Below, piece after piece: positions 1 through 9,581 of a stretch of 64,000 nucleotides of DNA. A program made the position numbers and the translations under genes. The DNA is taken from positions 38,171-102,170 of the IMG/VR virus record IMGVR_UViG_3300031521_000029; one strand, written 5' to 3'. The DNA comes from a virus. The notes beneath the pieces were generated by a model. The model saw only the letters and a list, made by a program, of their open reading frames with translations, searched no databases and was not told the DNA's origin. Positions within the stretch are counted from its first letter, which is position 1; the number at the start of each line of letters is the position of its first letter.

Positions 1-1
1 T

Positions 2-121
2 CAAACATTAAGTGATGAAAATTCATATAATATTTGCCTTGATAGTCACCCTGGCTCTCAATACTACGCCATTTATGAAAACGGCGCATTAACGATAAAT
101 AAAACCTGCGATTTAAAGTAG
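2..121 (+). CDS. 3' end of a gene entering the window (possibly a metallophosphoesterase C-terminus)
   Basis: Open frame QTLSDENSYNICLDSHPGSQYYAIYENGALTINKTCDLK* followed by a terminator hairpin; family call is weak. Confidence 0.45.
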   Translation, partial: QTLSDENSYNICLDSHPGSQYYAIYENGALTINKTCDLK

Positions 122-145
122 TTTGAAATTAAAATTGTAGGAACT

Positions 146-178
146 GCCCGTAGTGGAAACATTTCACTACGGGCTTTC
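146..178 (+). terminator. Intrinsic terminator
   Basis: GCCCGTAGTG...CACTACGGGC stem followed by TTTCT. Confidence 0.75.
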
Positions 179-190
179 TATTTATTGAAT

Positions 191-811
191 ATGAAGAGAA
201 ATTGGAAATATCAAAATAATGGTGAACAACTTGATGCTGATGATTCTCCAAAAATCATTACATTAGAAAAGTCTTCGGACTCGATGCCACAAGGAAATAG
301 AATTTACTTTTACTCCGATGTAAATAAAGATACTATTCTAAATCTTAACAGACAAATTGACGATTTAACACGACAAATGCAAATGATTCAATTTGGATTT
401 AACCTACCACAACCACCACGTATCGAAATTCATATTTGTAGTGATGGCGGCGACGTTTTTGCTGGTATGGCAGCCGTTGATAAAATTATGGATAATATAG
501 TTCCGGTTGACACATACTGCGAAGGTATGGTAGCATCAGCCGCAACCTTGTTATCGGCCGCAGGCAACAAGCGATACATTACAAAAAGTTCTTGTATGTT
601 AGTTCACCAAGTTAGTTCTGGTCTTTGGGGAAATTACATGCAATTTAAAGATGAAATAAAAAACCTTGAACTATTAATGAACTTAATTAAAGGTGTATAT
701 TTGAAAAAAACCAAATTTAACCCAGATGAATTGGACGAAATTTTAAGTCACGATTTATGTATGGGCGCACAACAATGTCTTGAATACGGACTCGTTGACG
801 CAATTTTATAA
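191..811 (+). CDS. clpP: ClpP-like serine protease
   Basis: SDGG, VASAA (catalytic Ser), MLVHQ (His), DLCMGAQQCLEYGLVD; ATG at 191 follows a TATTTATT motif (track start 185 is TTG). Confidence 0.85.
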   Translation: MKRNWKYQNNGEQLDADDSPKIITLEKSSDSMPQGNRIYFYSDVNKDTILNLNRQIDDLTRQMQMIQFGFNLPQPPRIEIHICSDGGDVFAGMAAVDKIMDNIVPVDTYCEGMVASAATLLSAAGNKRYITKSSCMLVHQVSSGLWGNYMQFKDEIKNLELLMNLIKGVYLKKTKFNPDELDEILSHDLCMGAQQCLEYGLVDAIL

Positions 812-817
812 TTACGC

Positions 818-845
818 TTGACAACGACGACGAACATGATAGTAT
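818..845 (+). promoter_or_regulatory. Sigma70-like early promoter
   Basis: TTGACA-16nt-TAGTAT with TGn extension, upstream of the HNH gene. Confidence 0.6.
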
Positions 846-908
846 GGAGAAGTAGTTTAAAACATAAACAGTAGTAAACATATGAGATAGAACAACAAAA
901 GAAATAAT

Positions 909-1586
909 ATGAGTGTTATCAACAGAAACATTGTCCTAAAGTTAAACAAGAATTGGCAAGCGGTTGGCATTTCCACGGTCGGCAAAGCTATTGTCGATTT
1001 GGCCGCAGGAAATTCCGCCCAAGCTCTGGACTTTGAATACACAAAGGACGACAATGGAAATTACATCTTAGATGAACACGGGTTGCCCGTTTCAATCTTG
1101 CCTGGATATCCTATGCCTGTTGATTGGGAAACGTGGGTGACGTTGGCAGTTCGTCCGTGGGAGATGGGAGATGCAATTCACTATGGTAGTGAAGGAAAAC
1201 ACATCATGCGAGCGCCAACCGTCTTGATTGCCTTGAACTACGCTAAAATGCCTAGGAAGAGTTTTAACGGAAAGCCATCTAGGGATGCAATCTACATTCG
1301 TGATGGTGGTATTGACCAATACACTGGCAAAAAACTAAAAAGAGACGAAGCGACGGTCGACCATATTTTACCTAAGTCCAAGGGTGGTAAAGACGAATGG
1401 GAAAACTTGGCTTTAACGAGTAAAGATGTAAACTCTCGAAAGGGAAATAAACTTAACTCCGAGGCGGGTCTGAGGTTGATTCGTCAGCCTAAAGCGCCAA
1501 AAAGCATGAGCGCTATGGAACTAATTCGTGAAGTTAAACATCCAACGTGGAAGGAACACCTTCCACATTTGATGGAAGTTTCGTAG
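909..1586 (+). CDS. HNH endonuclease (McrA-like)
   Basis: IYIRDGGIDQYTG, ATVDHILPKSKGG..WENL, NSRKGN. Confidence 0.85.
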   Translation: MSVINRNIVLKLNKNWQAVGISTVGKAIVDLAAGNSAQALDFEYTKDDNGNYILDEHGLPVSILPGYPMPVDWETWVTLAVRPWEMGDAIHYGSEGKHIMRAPTVLIALNYAKMPRKSFNGKPSRDAIYIRDGGIDQYTGKKLKRDEATVDHILPKSKGGKDEWENLALTSKDVNSRKGNKLNSEAGLRLIRQPKAPKSMSAMELIREVKHPTWKEHLPHLMEVS

Positions 1587-1610
1587 GGAAACTACTCAAT
1601 CGGTTAAACC

Positions 1611-1648
1611 AAATAAACTCCTGATAGAAATATCAGGAGTTTATTTTT
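1611..1648 (+). terminator. Intrinsic terminator (could act on both strands)
   Basis: Perfect 16-bp stem AAATAAACTCCTGATA-GAAA-TATCAGGAGTTTATTT. Confidence 0.85.
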
Positions 1649-1673
1649 GCAATTGTCTAATTATTGTGTAACT

Positions 1674-1847
1674 ATGAAATCCTCCATCAAAAGAATTGTC
1701 GAAATAAAAGAAGACGGCGCCACAATTCAAATAGAAATTGAAAAATCTATCATCGATTTTTACCAAAAAGAAACAGGCCGAAAGCGTATTACCGCTAAAG
1801 GCCTGTCTCAATTTTTTAATCGTTTAATTCAGAATTTCAACCATTAA
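1674..1847 (+). CDS. Small hypothetical protein, possibly DNA-binding
   Basis: ATG at 1674 (MKSSIKRIVE); basic and helical. Confidence 0.5.
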   Translation: MKSSIKRIVEIKEDGATIQIEIEKSIIDFYQKETGRKRITAKGLSQFFNRLIQNFNH

Positions 1848-2497
1848 GGAGTTTCATCTACTTCAATAGGAGCGAACGTAAACGCCCTTGACTTTTCAGC
1901 CGAACGATAACTAAGCGTACTCTTAGTCAACGTATCAAAAGCATATGCGGTACCTGCTGAATCTGCCACATACCCAAGATTATTAGTTACACCCATAGAA
2001 GTTCCTACGGCCCATGTATCCTGATTTGCTCCAATGTAAGCAAAATCCCAACGATAAACTTCAGTTTGATGTTTGACCATTTCTGCAATTTTAACAGAAC
2101 TATACGAAGCATCTTTAAAGTTCGTAAGTTTTGAATTGTCTTCACCGTCTGTGATGGTGACGACCAAAACTTTTTCAGGACGTTCAGATTCAGGAAGGGA
2201 AGCCAGCTTGGTTCCGATATCTACGATGGTTTTACCCAAAGAGTCGTACAATGCAGTTCCGCCTCTTGGTTGATATGTTTTTTCTGTTAAATCAGGAACT
2301 TTATTGATATCAAGATTCTCAAAAATTGTTTCGTATTCAGTATCGAATTGATATGCAAATACACGACACTCTCCGATATTTGCATCCTTTTGCGCTTTAA
2401 TAAAAGCGTTGAAACCACCAATTATGTCAGAATAAATTGAAGTCATTGAGCCTGACCTATCAATGACAAGTATAATATATGTAAGTCCACTTTTCAT
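1844..2497 (-). CDS. vWA-domain protein
   Basis: MIDAS IDRSGSM, PRGGTALYD, ITDGEDN; likely start MKSGL at 2497, coupled (ATGA) to the upstream ORF. Confidence 0.85.
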   Translation of the reverse strand: MKSGLTYIILVIDRSGSMTSIYSDIIGGFNAFIKAQKDANIGECRVFAYQFDTEYETIFENLDINKVPDLTEKTYQPRGGTALYDSLGKTIVDIGTKLASLPESERPEKVLVVTITDGEDNSKLTNFKDASYSSVKIAEMVKHQTEVYRWDFAYIGANQDTWAVGTSMGVTNNLGYVADSAGTAYAFDTLTKSTLSYRSAEKSRAFTFAPIEVDETP

Positions 2498-2712
2498 AGT
2501 TTTATAATAGAAATGTATGTTGTACTTGCTACTGGAATCATAGTTTCTTTCAATGATGACCATTTTTTATCTTTAATATTTTTAACTTGACATTCGCCAA
2601 GAATTAAATAATCGGATTTCGATATATCTTTCAATGTTATATGGTTTTGTGATTCCACTTGAGCATTTATTAACATATCATTTAGAGTGTGAATAATTAA
2701 TTGTGTTTTCAT
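2494..2712 (-). CDS. Hypothetical protein
   Basis: ATGA overlap with the vWA gene; TTGATT/TATAAT promoter-like sequence upstream. Confidence 0.55.
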   Translation of the reverse strand: MKTQLIIHTLNDMLINAQVESQNHITLKDISKSDYLILGECQVKNIKDKKWSSLKETMIPVASTTYISIIKL

Positions 2713-2806
2713 AGGTTCATATTATATACATCATCATTAAAAAATCAACACTTTTCATTTTTATAATTGTATTTATACATACAGACAACTAAAACTAATT
2801 GATTAA

Positions 2807-3481
2807 ATGTATATGAACGGAATAATTTATTGTATCAAAAATAAAATTAATGGAAAATGTTATATTGGTCAAACAACTATAGGATTAAAACAGAGATATC
2901 AACTTAATTGGTGGAAAAAAAGTCACAATCCATACATAAAACATTCAGTTGAAAAATATAAACCAGAAAATTTTGAATTTCAAATATTAGAATCTAATAT
3001 AACATCTATTGAAAAATTAAATGAATTAGAATCTCATTACGCTATAACATTAAATACTTACATACCAAATGGATATAATATGCGTAAATGTGGTGACAAT
3101 AGATTATGGGCAAAAGAATCAAAAGATAAATTATCTGACTCATTAAGTCATGAAACAAAAGTAAAAGAGGTTTTAACAGGAAAAATTATAATCATTAAAA
3201 ATTTTAGAAAATTTTGTAAAGAAAATAATCTTGGTTACACTTCTATGATGAATTTGAGATATGGAGTAAGTGACTATTCGCAAGGTTATGTTAGACCAGA
3301 AACCAATCCAAATGATACAAAAATGGGAAAGATTTATGAATTTATGACTCCTACAGGAGAAATAATACGTGGAACTATAACCTCAATATTAAAAAATTAT
3401 CACAGTATAAAAAGACATAATCTCTATAGCCTCATAAAAGGAAAATGTAATACCGCTTTAGGTTGGTCATTTATAAAATGA
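2807..3481 (+). CDS. GIY-YIG homing endonuclease (free-standing)
   Basis: GIIYCIKNKINGKCYIGQT...R...E...GYN; convergent with gmd and overlapping its 3' end by 15 bp. Confidence 0.85.
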   Translation: MYMNGIIYCIKNKINGKCYIGQTTIGLKQRYQLNWWKKSHNPYIKHSVEKYKPENFEFQILESNITSIEKLNELESHYAITLNTYIPNGYNMRKCGDNRLWAKESKDKLSDSLSHETKVKEVLTGKIIIIKNFRKFCKENNLGYTSMMNLRYGVSDYSQGYVRPETNPNDTKMGKIYEFMTPTGEIIRGTITSILKNYHSIKRHNLYSLIKGKCNTALGWSFIK

Positions 3482-4624
3482 TAAATCCGAACTAACCATT
3501 TTATCAACGAGATGATAAAAATCTACTTTTGGGTTCCAACCTAATTCTTCCTTTATTTTTGTCGGGTTGGCCCTAAGAATTTCAACTTCGGAAGGACGGT
3601 AAAATTTTGGATTAATTTTTACCAAAGTCGTACCGACCAACGATGAATCAGGCCCACTTTCGTATTTAAACGTTTCATCTACACCAGTTCCAATCCACTC
3701 GCCATCAATTCCAATACATTGGAATGCGTTTTCAACAAACTCCCTAATACTATGTTTTTCACCACTACCAACAATATAATCTGTAATAAATCGTGATAAT
3801 GATTTACTATCAGTTGGTCGTGGAAAAATTCCAATGCCTAATACTGTCTTATGATATTTTTCTTGATTCAACATTCTCCATACGCCATCCATCATATCTT
3901 CTGCATCTGACCAATCACGTTGGGCATCAATGTTACCAAGTTCCAATGGAACAATCGGTTTACCATTTGTAATAGAATCAAATATACTTGCTACCGCTTT
4001 AGTAATTTTTCTTGTAACAAATTCTTCACCACGACGAGTTCCTTCGTGATTAAACAACCAACCTTGAACGGCATACATATCATACGATTCTCTATAAACC
4101 TTAACTATGGTTCTGGCCGCACATTTAGACGCACCGTAAGGACTACGTGGTCTTGATGGATGGTTTTCATCTTGTGGTTCGTAGGAGACGTTTCCAAACT
4201 CTTCTGATGAACCGGCATTGTAAAACCTACAATCAGATTTTATACGACGAATTGCTTCTAAGCAATCCAATACAGCCGTCGAATTAGACTCCCATGTTTG
4301 TCTTGCGAAATCCCACGAAGATGCTACGAAACTTTGAGCCGCAAAATTAATGAAGTAATTTGGTTTAGCATACTCAACAATTTTATATATTGAATGAGAA
4401 TCGGTGAGGTCAAAATTTACTAACTGAAACCTTGGTTCGCTCTCAAGGTGACGGAGATTGACGTGATTTTCAACACTCAACCGTCTGGCGCCGCCGATTA
4501 CAGAGACGTTAGTTTCACGTAAAAGATAGTCAATCATATGACTACCATCTTGACCCGTAACGCCTGTGATGAATACTACATCCCCTTCAGGACGAACAAT
4601 ATCTTGAATGTTTTTAATCTTCAT
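3467..4624 (-). CDS. gmd: GDP-mannose 4,6-dehydratase
   Basis: ITGVTGQDGS, AAQSFV, AGSSEEFG, PRSPYGASK, LFNHE, FVTRKIT, LGNIDAQRDW, FYRPSEV. Confidence 0.95.
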   Translation of the reverse strand: MKIKNIQDIVRPEGDVVFITGVTGQDGSHMIDYLLRETNVSVIGGARRLSVENHVNLRHLESEPRFQLVNFDLTDSHSIYKIVEYAKPNYFINFAAQSFVASSWDFARQTWESNSTAVLDCLEAIRRIKSDCRFYNAGSSEEFGNVSYEPQDENHPSRPRSPYGASKCAARTIVKVYRESYDMYAVQGWLFNHEGTRRGEEFVTRKITKAVASIFDSITNGKPIVPLELGNIDAQRDWSDAEDMMDGVWRMLNQEKYHKTVLGIGIFPRPTDSKSLSRFITDYIVGSGEKHSIREFVENAFQCIGIDGEWIGTGVDETFKYESGPDSSLVGTTLVKINPKFYRPSEVEILRANPTKIKEELGWNPKVDFYHLVDKMVSSDLSFYK

Positions 4625-4794
4625 GACTCATACGTATGTATAGATTCACGTAGAATTTAATTATATTTCGGAATAGTATTTTTTATTTTCAAATGACATA
4701 TTTGTATTTCATCTCAATGTTATCATAATACCAATGACCAACATCATGAGTTGAACTGTTTGCGTGTGACAAACGTAACCACTCTTTATACCAA

Positions 4795-5259
4795 TCAGAA
4801 TTTATCCAATCCGTCGTCATCTTCATCGGATTTATCTGGTTGCTCTCCGTTTTTGAATTTTGAAAATTTTTTATGGAATTCATCGAAATTATCCTCCGTT
4901 AATCCTAACATGTTTACTATCGCATTTATGATATAACAAGAGTGATACTTATCTATATTTTTTTCGGATAACTTCTTTGCAATCATGGATGCAAAATAAG
5001 TTAACTCCATTATCCTCTTTTTTTCTTCGGCGTCTTCTACACTATCAACTATTAAACCGGGAATCTTTTTTGTCTGGATGTCCTTTTGTGTATCTTTTAT
5101 TATTGACATTCGTAACAATTCATGTAAAGCTACAGCATCAATTTTTGCTGACTTTATTTTGTCACGTAATTTTTTAACATCCTTCGCAGTGACCTTTTTA
5201 GCAATTGAGAATGTAGTTAAAATTCCTTCTTTGGCTAATATGTGATTAGTCGTGTGCAT
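4795..5259 (-). CDS. Hypothetical protein
   Basis: 154-aa ORF with a TATTTATT motif 5 nt upstream. Confidence 0.7.
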   Translation of the reverse strand: MHTTNHILAKEGILTTFSIAKKVTAKDVKKLRDKIKSAKIDAVALHELLRMSIIKDTQKDIQTKKIPGLIVDSVEDAEEKKRIMELTYFASMIAKKLSEKNIDKYHSCYIINAIVNMLGLTEDNFDEFHKKFSKFKNGEQPDKSDEDDDGLDKF

Positions 5260-5279
5260 ATGTTAATAAATATACAAAA

Positions 5280-6008
5280 TTAAAATCTAGCCTCTACATT
5301 TCGGGGAGAACCTTGTATTCTATCTGGGTCAACGAAGTTGAATTCTACTTTACCTCTGCGAATATAACCACGGCCCATTAAAAACATACAATTATAACAA
5401 AGTATTTCTATATTCTCTAATAAATGGTTTTTTTCATTACCATCTTTAAAACTTATTAACAATGGCATTTTTTGGTCTGTTATTCGATGCTCACTGAAGC
5501 CACAATTTTCACATTTTGCCGCTTTGGTTCCACTTCTAATTACCATGTCTTTTAATCGGTATATTGGATAGTCTGGAAACTTACCTTCTAGGATTTGATT
5601 AAGAGGATATTTTCCTTTATTTGGAGACCAGTAATGTTTTCTATCACCTTTACCACATGGATTGGTTTTAAACAGATTGTATGTCTTTGCCCATCTTTTA
5701 TAGAAATTATATCCAACGCCAAGATACTTTGCGCAACTAGCTGCGCTGTTAGCATGTTGTTGAGCATCCAATATTTCAGATTCTAACAAAGGTCTTGACC
5801 CTCTTCCTTTTTTAATTCTACTAGAAACAGACTTAATTATGCCCATTGCTTTCAAATCTTCTTCTGGAAGTTTCAATTCTTCCAATATTTTATTGTTTTC
5901 AATATTGGCTATTTTTTGTTTCATCTCTTGTAGTTCTTTAACTACAACATCTAAAACTCTACTTTCCAATTGAGCCGGAGTCTGGCTGCTTGATATCATT
6001 TGTTCCAT
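5280..6008 (-). CDS. HTH + degenerate HNH-fold protein
   Basis: SAASCAKYLGVGYNFYKRWAK (HTH), CENC...FKDGNEKNHLLENIEILCYNC (HNH/Zn scaffold). Confidence 0.65.
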   Translation of the reverse strand: MEQMISSSQTPAQLESRVLDVVVKELQEMKQKIANIENNKILEELKLPEEDLKAMGIIKSVSSRIKKGRGSRPLLESEILDAQQHANSAASCAKYLGVGYNFYKRWAKTYNLFKTNPCGKGDRKHYWSPNKGKYPLNQILEGKFPDYPIYRLKDMVIRSGTKAAKCENCGFSEHRITDQKMPLLISFKDGNEKNHLLENIEILCYNCMFLMGRGYIRRGKVEFNFVDPDRIQGSPRNVEARF

Positions 6009-6351
6009 CGTCGCCTTTCAGACTTTCATTACGAAGGTCATTGCCATACATCGTCATAAAATTTTTACGCATTATTTCAGCTTTATGATGAATACCAGCG
6101 TTAATTAATACGTGATATGTATTATAACAAATATGTTTGGCCGGTTTTAAAAAATCTTTTTTTTCCCAACATTCAATTATAACTCCGACTTTAAAGTCGG
6201 ATAGATTTTGTCTTTTTTCTACTGCTCTGGTTGCAGCTTCAACGTAAATATCATCAAATATATCCGAATCGATGTTAAATTCATCCATCCAGAAATCTGC
6301 GCATTTTACGACAACTTTTTTAATGTTTGACGACTTCATATACTTTTTCAT
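5959..6351 (-). CDS. Hypothetical protein
   Basis: 130-aa ORF overlapping both neighbours in an operon. Confidence 0.65.
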   Translation of the reverse strand: MKKYMKSSNIKKVVVKCADFWMDEFNIDSDIFDDIYVEAATRAVEKRQNLSDFKVGVIIECWEKKDFLKPAKHICYNTYHVLINAGIHHKAEIMRKNFMTMYGNDLRNESLKGDDGTNDIKQPDSGSIGK

Positions 6352-7985
6352 ATGCTTAAATCTAAATCACCATCATTTAAAAGGTCAAGGTTCTTAAGCT
6401 TTTCCTTTACATTCTCACAAACTTGTTCTTCAACTGTATTTGCCACAAACACAATTTTCTGAACACTTTTGCTTTTTCCATTTTCTCTCCATACTCTTCC
6501 GGTTGCCTGTCTCATTAACACTGCCGAATAACTTGGTGACATTAATGCCAATCTAGGATTCAATCCATGAATATCATGAAGTGATAACCCTGCGCCGCCG
6601 GATTGAATGTTTACCAAAATTACTCTTTCCTTACCTGACTGAAAATCATCGACGTTCTGTTGTCTTTCATCATCTTTAGTCTTACCGTCAAAAATACATT
6701 TAGTATTAAGTCTTTTGGCTATAGCCTGTAATGTTTCCGTAAAATTAACAAACACTACAATTGACATTCCACCTTCAAGACCTTCCTCAATCATATCAAT
6801 AAATAAAGGAACCTTGATTAATTCTATTTGTTGTCTTGCTCTAAGAATCGCCGTAAGTTCACTAACTTTATCTGCCTTGGATAATTTAGCGAGTTTTAAC
6901 AATTCCTTCTTCATATCAGAATGAATGTCATTAATTTTTTTAACATCAACTTCATCCATGTTATAACAATCAGCAATAACCTCCGATTCAGGAAAGTTTG
7001 GAATTGTATCTCTTGTAAGACGAGTCCCACGATTGACAAATATATCAGTATGAAGTTTCTTTAATACTTTTTGCCTTAACTTAATATCAGTTGTAAATTC
7101 CAATCCAAATCGCCCTTTAGAAACTCCATGTTCATAACACCACTGATAATATTGATTAGCTCCTTTAAATAGCTTTAAGCAAGTTCCAATTGTTCTAAGT
7201 TCTAATGGATTTGTAGCATTTGTTGCAGAACAGAATAACATTTTATATTCTTGTTTCAATGCTTCCATGCAGGTTTTTGAATTCTTAGTTTTCCAATTCT
7301 TTAATTTTTGAGATTCATCCCAAATGATAAGAGTATTTTTTGGAATTTTCCATACAAACTTTTTCTTATGCGTCTTTCTATTTTCAACATAAGAAGCGAA
7401 CGGAGAATCAGTTTTACCGATTCGAATCTGTTCATAGTTTACAATACCAACTAAATCATTTTTCATATCAAAATGATTGGTAATTACACGTCTCCACGAT
7501 TCCATAACAGCTTTCGGACAAATTACTAAAATCTTAGATTTCAATTCTCTCGCCACCGCACAACCGACATAAGTCTTACCTACGCCTACATCGGAACCAT
7601 CAATAGCGCATCCAGTCGTGTTAATTGCAGTAACCAATCTACCAACGGAGTCAATTTGCCATGGACGTAGTCCGTTTGTATTTTTTACCTTATAGGGGGG
7701 TAGCCAAAACTCGTCGATGGCCTCTGGTGGTGGGGTGGGTGGCTTTTGTCCATCAATTTCTACAAAATTTGCCACATCGGTCTTGGTTTCGTAAAGATAC
7801 CAATTATCATCTACTTTTGCAATAGAAAATCCTTGATTCCATAAATGATATTTAGCAGTATTCCAAAACGAAAAAAACGAAGACCTATATTCGATAGGAA
7901 TACACCACATACGACGCCACATCATGTCGCCATCTTTATTTTCCCACTGATATGGGTCTGACCAAGATATTTCTAAATTAAGCAT
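6348..7985 (-). CDS. SF2 helicase (SNF2/HARP-like)
   Basis: DVGVGKT (Walker A), IIWDESQ, SAT, GGAGLSL, QATGRVWR. Confidence 0.9.
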   Translation of the reverse strand: MLNLEISWSDPYQWENKDGDMMWRRMWCIPIEYRSSFFSFWNTAKYHLWNQGFSIAKVDDNWYLYETKTDVANFVEIDGQKPPTPPPEAIDEFWLPPYKVKNTNGLRPWQIDSVGRLVTAINTTGCAIDGSDVGVGKTYVGCAVARELKSKILVICPKAVMESWRRVITNHFDMKNDLVGIVNYEQIRIGKTDSPFASYVENRKTHKKKFVWKIPKNTLIIWDESQKLKNWKTKNSKTCMEALKQEYKMLFCSATNATNPLELRTIGTCLKLFKGANQYYQWCYEHGVSKGRFGLEFTTDIKLRQKVLKKLHTDIFVNRGTRLTRDTIPNFPESEVIADCYNMDEVDVKKINDIHSDMKKELLKLAKLSKADKVSELTAILRARQQIELIKVPLFIDMIEEGLEGGMSIVVFVNFTETLQAIAKRLNTKCIFDGKTKDDERQQNVDDFQSGKERVILVNIQSGGAGLSLHDIHGLNPRLALMSPSYSAVLMRQATGRVWRENGKSKSVQKIVFVANTVEEQVCENVKEKLKNLDLLNDGDLDLSI

Positions 7986-8048
7986 ATTTATTCACATCTA
8001 CAATCATATCGATTAAGTTATAAATTGTAGAGTAAAACATAAAATTAT

Positions 8049-8378
8049 TTAAAATTTGCCTCTATCTTCAAACCGATTAATGGCATCACTTCCAAATTCT
8101 TCATTTTTAAAATTGGATAGTTCATGAACATCAGTTCGCATATAACTTCCATTTCTTACTATGCCTATGTTAAACTGGTCAGCCATAGCTCGTGTAATCA
8201 TGACGCCTTGAGGGTCGTCATAACCATGTCCCAAATCTATAAGATTTTGAACATATTCTTTCCTAGAAATTTTAAATGCCCTAGGAATCATAGCATTTAA
8301 ATACGCAACGAGTTCTGGTACCGTATTAAAGGTAACATATTGTCTTATCGTCGAATCTTGTATATATAATTTATTCAT
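8049..8378 (-). CDS. Hypothetical protein
   Basis: Likely start MNKLYIQ at 8378, after a TACATATA late-type motif. Confidence 0.65.
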   Translation of the reverse strand: MNKLYIQDSTIRQYVTFNTVPELVAYLNAMIPRAFKISRKEYVQNLIDLGHGYDDPQGVMITRAMADQFNIGIVRNGSYMRTDVHELSNFKNEEFGSDAINRFEDRGKF

Positions 8379-8460
8379 ATCCACTATATGTAGTGTCAAC
8401 AATCTTATTATGTAGTAAGATTGTGTGAATTACAAGTTATTATATCTACAACGACTTATT

Positions 8461-9576
8461 TTAACCGTTTGTGGAGGGAGGTGTGTCTACAATGACTGAT
8501 GTAGATGGAGGTGTTACAATTATTGGTGAAGCAGCAACTACAGGCGTTACCGTAGATGTTATGGTAGGTATGACAGAAGAAGTAACAGTGGTCGTGACAA
8601 CAGCAGGCTTTGACCAACCCAATTCAACTTTCATCTTATCGATATTTGCTTTGTCTGCATCGGTCATTGTGGATTTTGCATTGTCCAATAAATCTTGAAG
8701 TGTGGCGACTTTGCCCGTCCCTGCGGCCTGTAATTTAGCAGTTTCTACAGAATCAACTACCGCCTTAAGTGCATTCTTGGTAGATGAATATGCTTCCACT
8801 GACACATTGCCTGCAATTGATAACGCTTTAGGTAAAATTAAGGATATGGTGTTTATTGCCCAACTCCCCATTTGTTCAAAGATATTAAATATCGCCGACG
8901 CAATTGGATTTGAAGTGGCTAAAATTCTAAGAATCAAAAATATTAATCCGCCTATACCCAAAAACCATGCCATACGAATAACTAATTTATGAACTCCATA
9001 CCATATTGCGCCTAAACCACCCCAACTATCCATCTGATTTAATGTTGATTTGTATTGGTCTGCTGCCTGTGCATTTGCATCGGCCTGTTTCAATGCATCT
9101 GCAACCGCATCTTCTCGTTGTGCGATAAGTTTTTTATCCTGTTCTTGGATTTTTACCGTTTCTTTATCTTTCAATGCCAATGCTTTTTCGCCAGCTATTC
9201 TAACTTCTTTTACTTGAGAAAGTAAATCATCTACTATTCCTTGAATTAGTTCAACTTCTTTAAAATCTGGTTTGCCTGCCAATGCTTCAATTCTAGCATT
9301 CATCTCTTTAGCTACAACAACTTCGTTTGGAACATTTGTAGTAATTTGATTCAAAGCATGTTCTACGCCCCCCTGGGACCACGCCCCAATATGGGCAAGT
9401 TTATCTTCATTAGCTTGAGCTTGTTGATTCTCAACTATACGAATTTGTGTATCTGTCTTTTTATTATTAGCTTGAGCTTTTCCAAACACTCCTTGATTAT
9501 TATCAAGAATTGTTGAACATCCGGCCGCCAACAAAATTGAAACGCCAACTATAAAACCACATATAAACTTATTCAT
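8461..9576 (-). CDS. Lipoprotein with coiled coil and transmembrane segment (candidate unimolecular spanin)
   Basis: Signal peptide with lipobox LLAAGC, helical A/Q/K-rich region, TM segment MAWFLGIGGLIFLILRIL, T/P/V-rich tail. Confidence 0.6.
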   Translation of the reverse strand: MNKFICGFIVGVSILLAAGCSTILDNNQGVFGKAQANNKKTDTQIRIVENQQAQANEDKLAHIGAWSQGGVEHALNQITTNVPNEVVVAKEMNARIEALAGKPDFKEVELIQGIVDDLLSQVKEVRIAGEKALALKDKETVKIQEQDKKLIAQREDAVADALKQADANAQAADQYKSTLNQMDSWGGLGAIWYGVHKLVIRMAWFLGIGGLIFLILRILATSNPIASAIFNIFEQMGSWAINTISLILPKALSIAGNVSVEAYSSTKNALKAVVDSVETAKLQAAGTGKVATLQDLLDNAKSTMTDADKANIDKMKVELGWSKPAVVTTTVTSSVIPTITSTVTPVVAASPIIVTPPSTSVIVDTPPSTNG

Positions 9577-9581
9577 AAACT

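Noticed and set aside
8381-8396. NrdR box (CCACTATATGTAGTGT, 14/16 to consensus)
   Set aside because: Single copy far from nrdJ. It is better explained as a late-motif variant (CTACATATAGTGG vs CTATTTATAGTGG at about 13402-13414).
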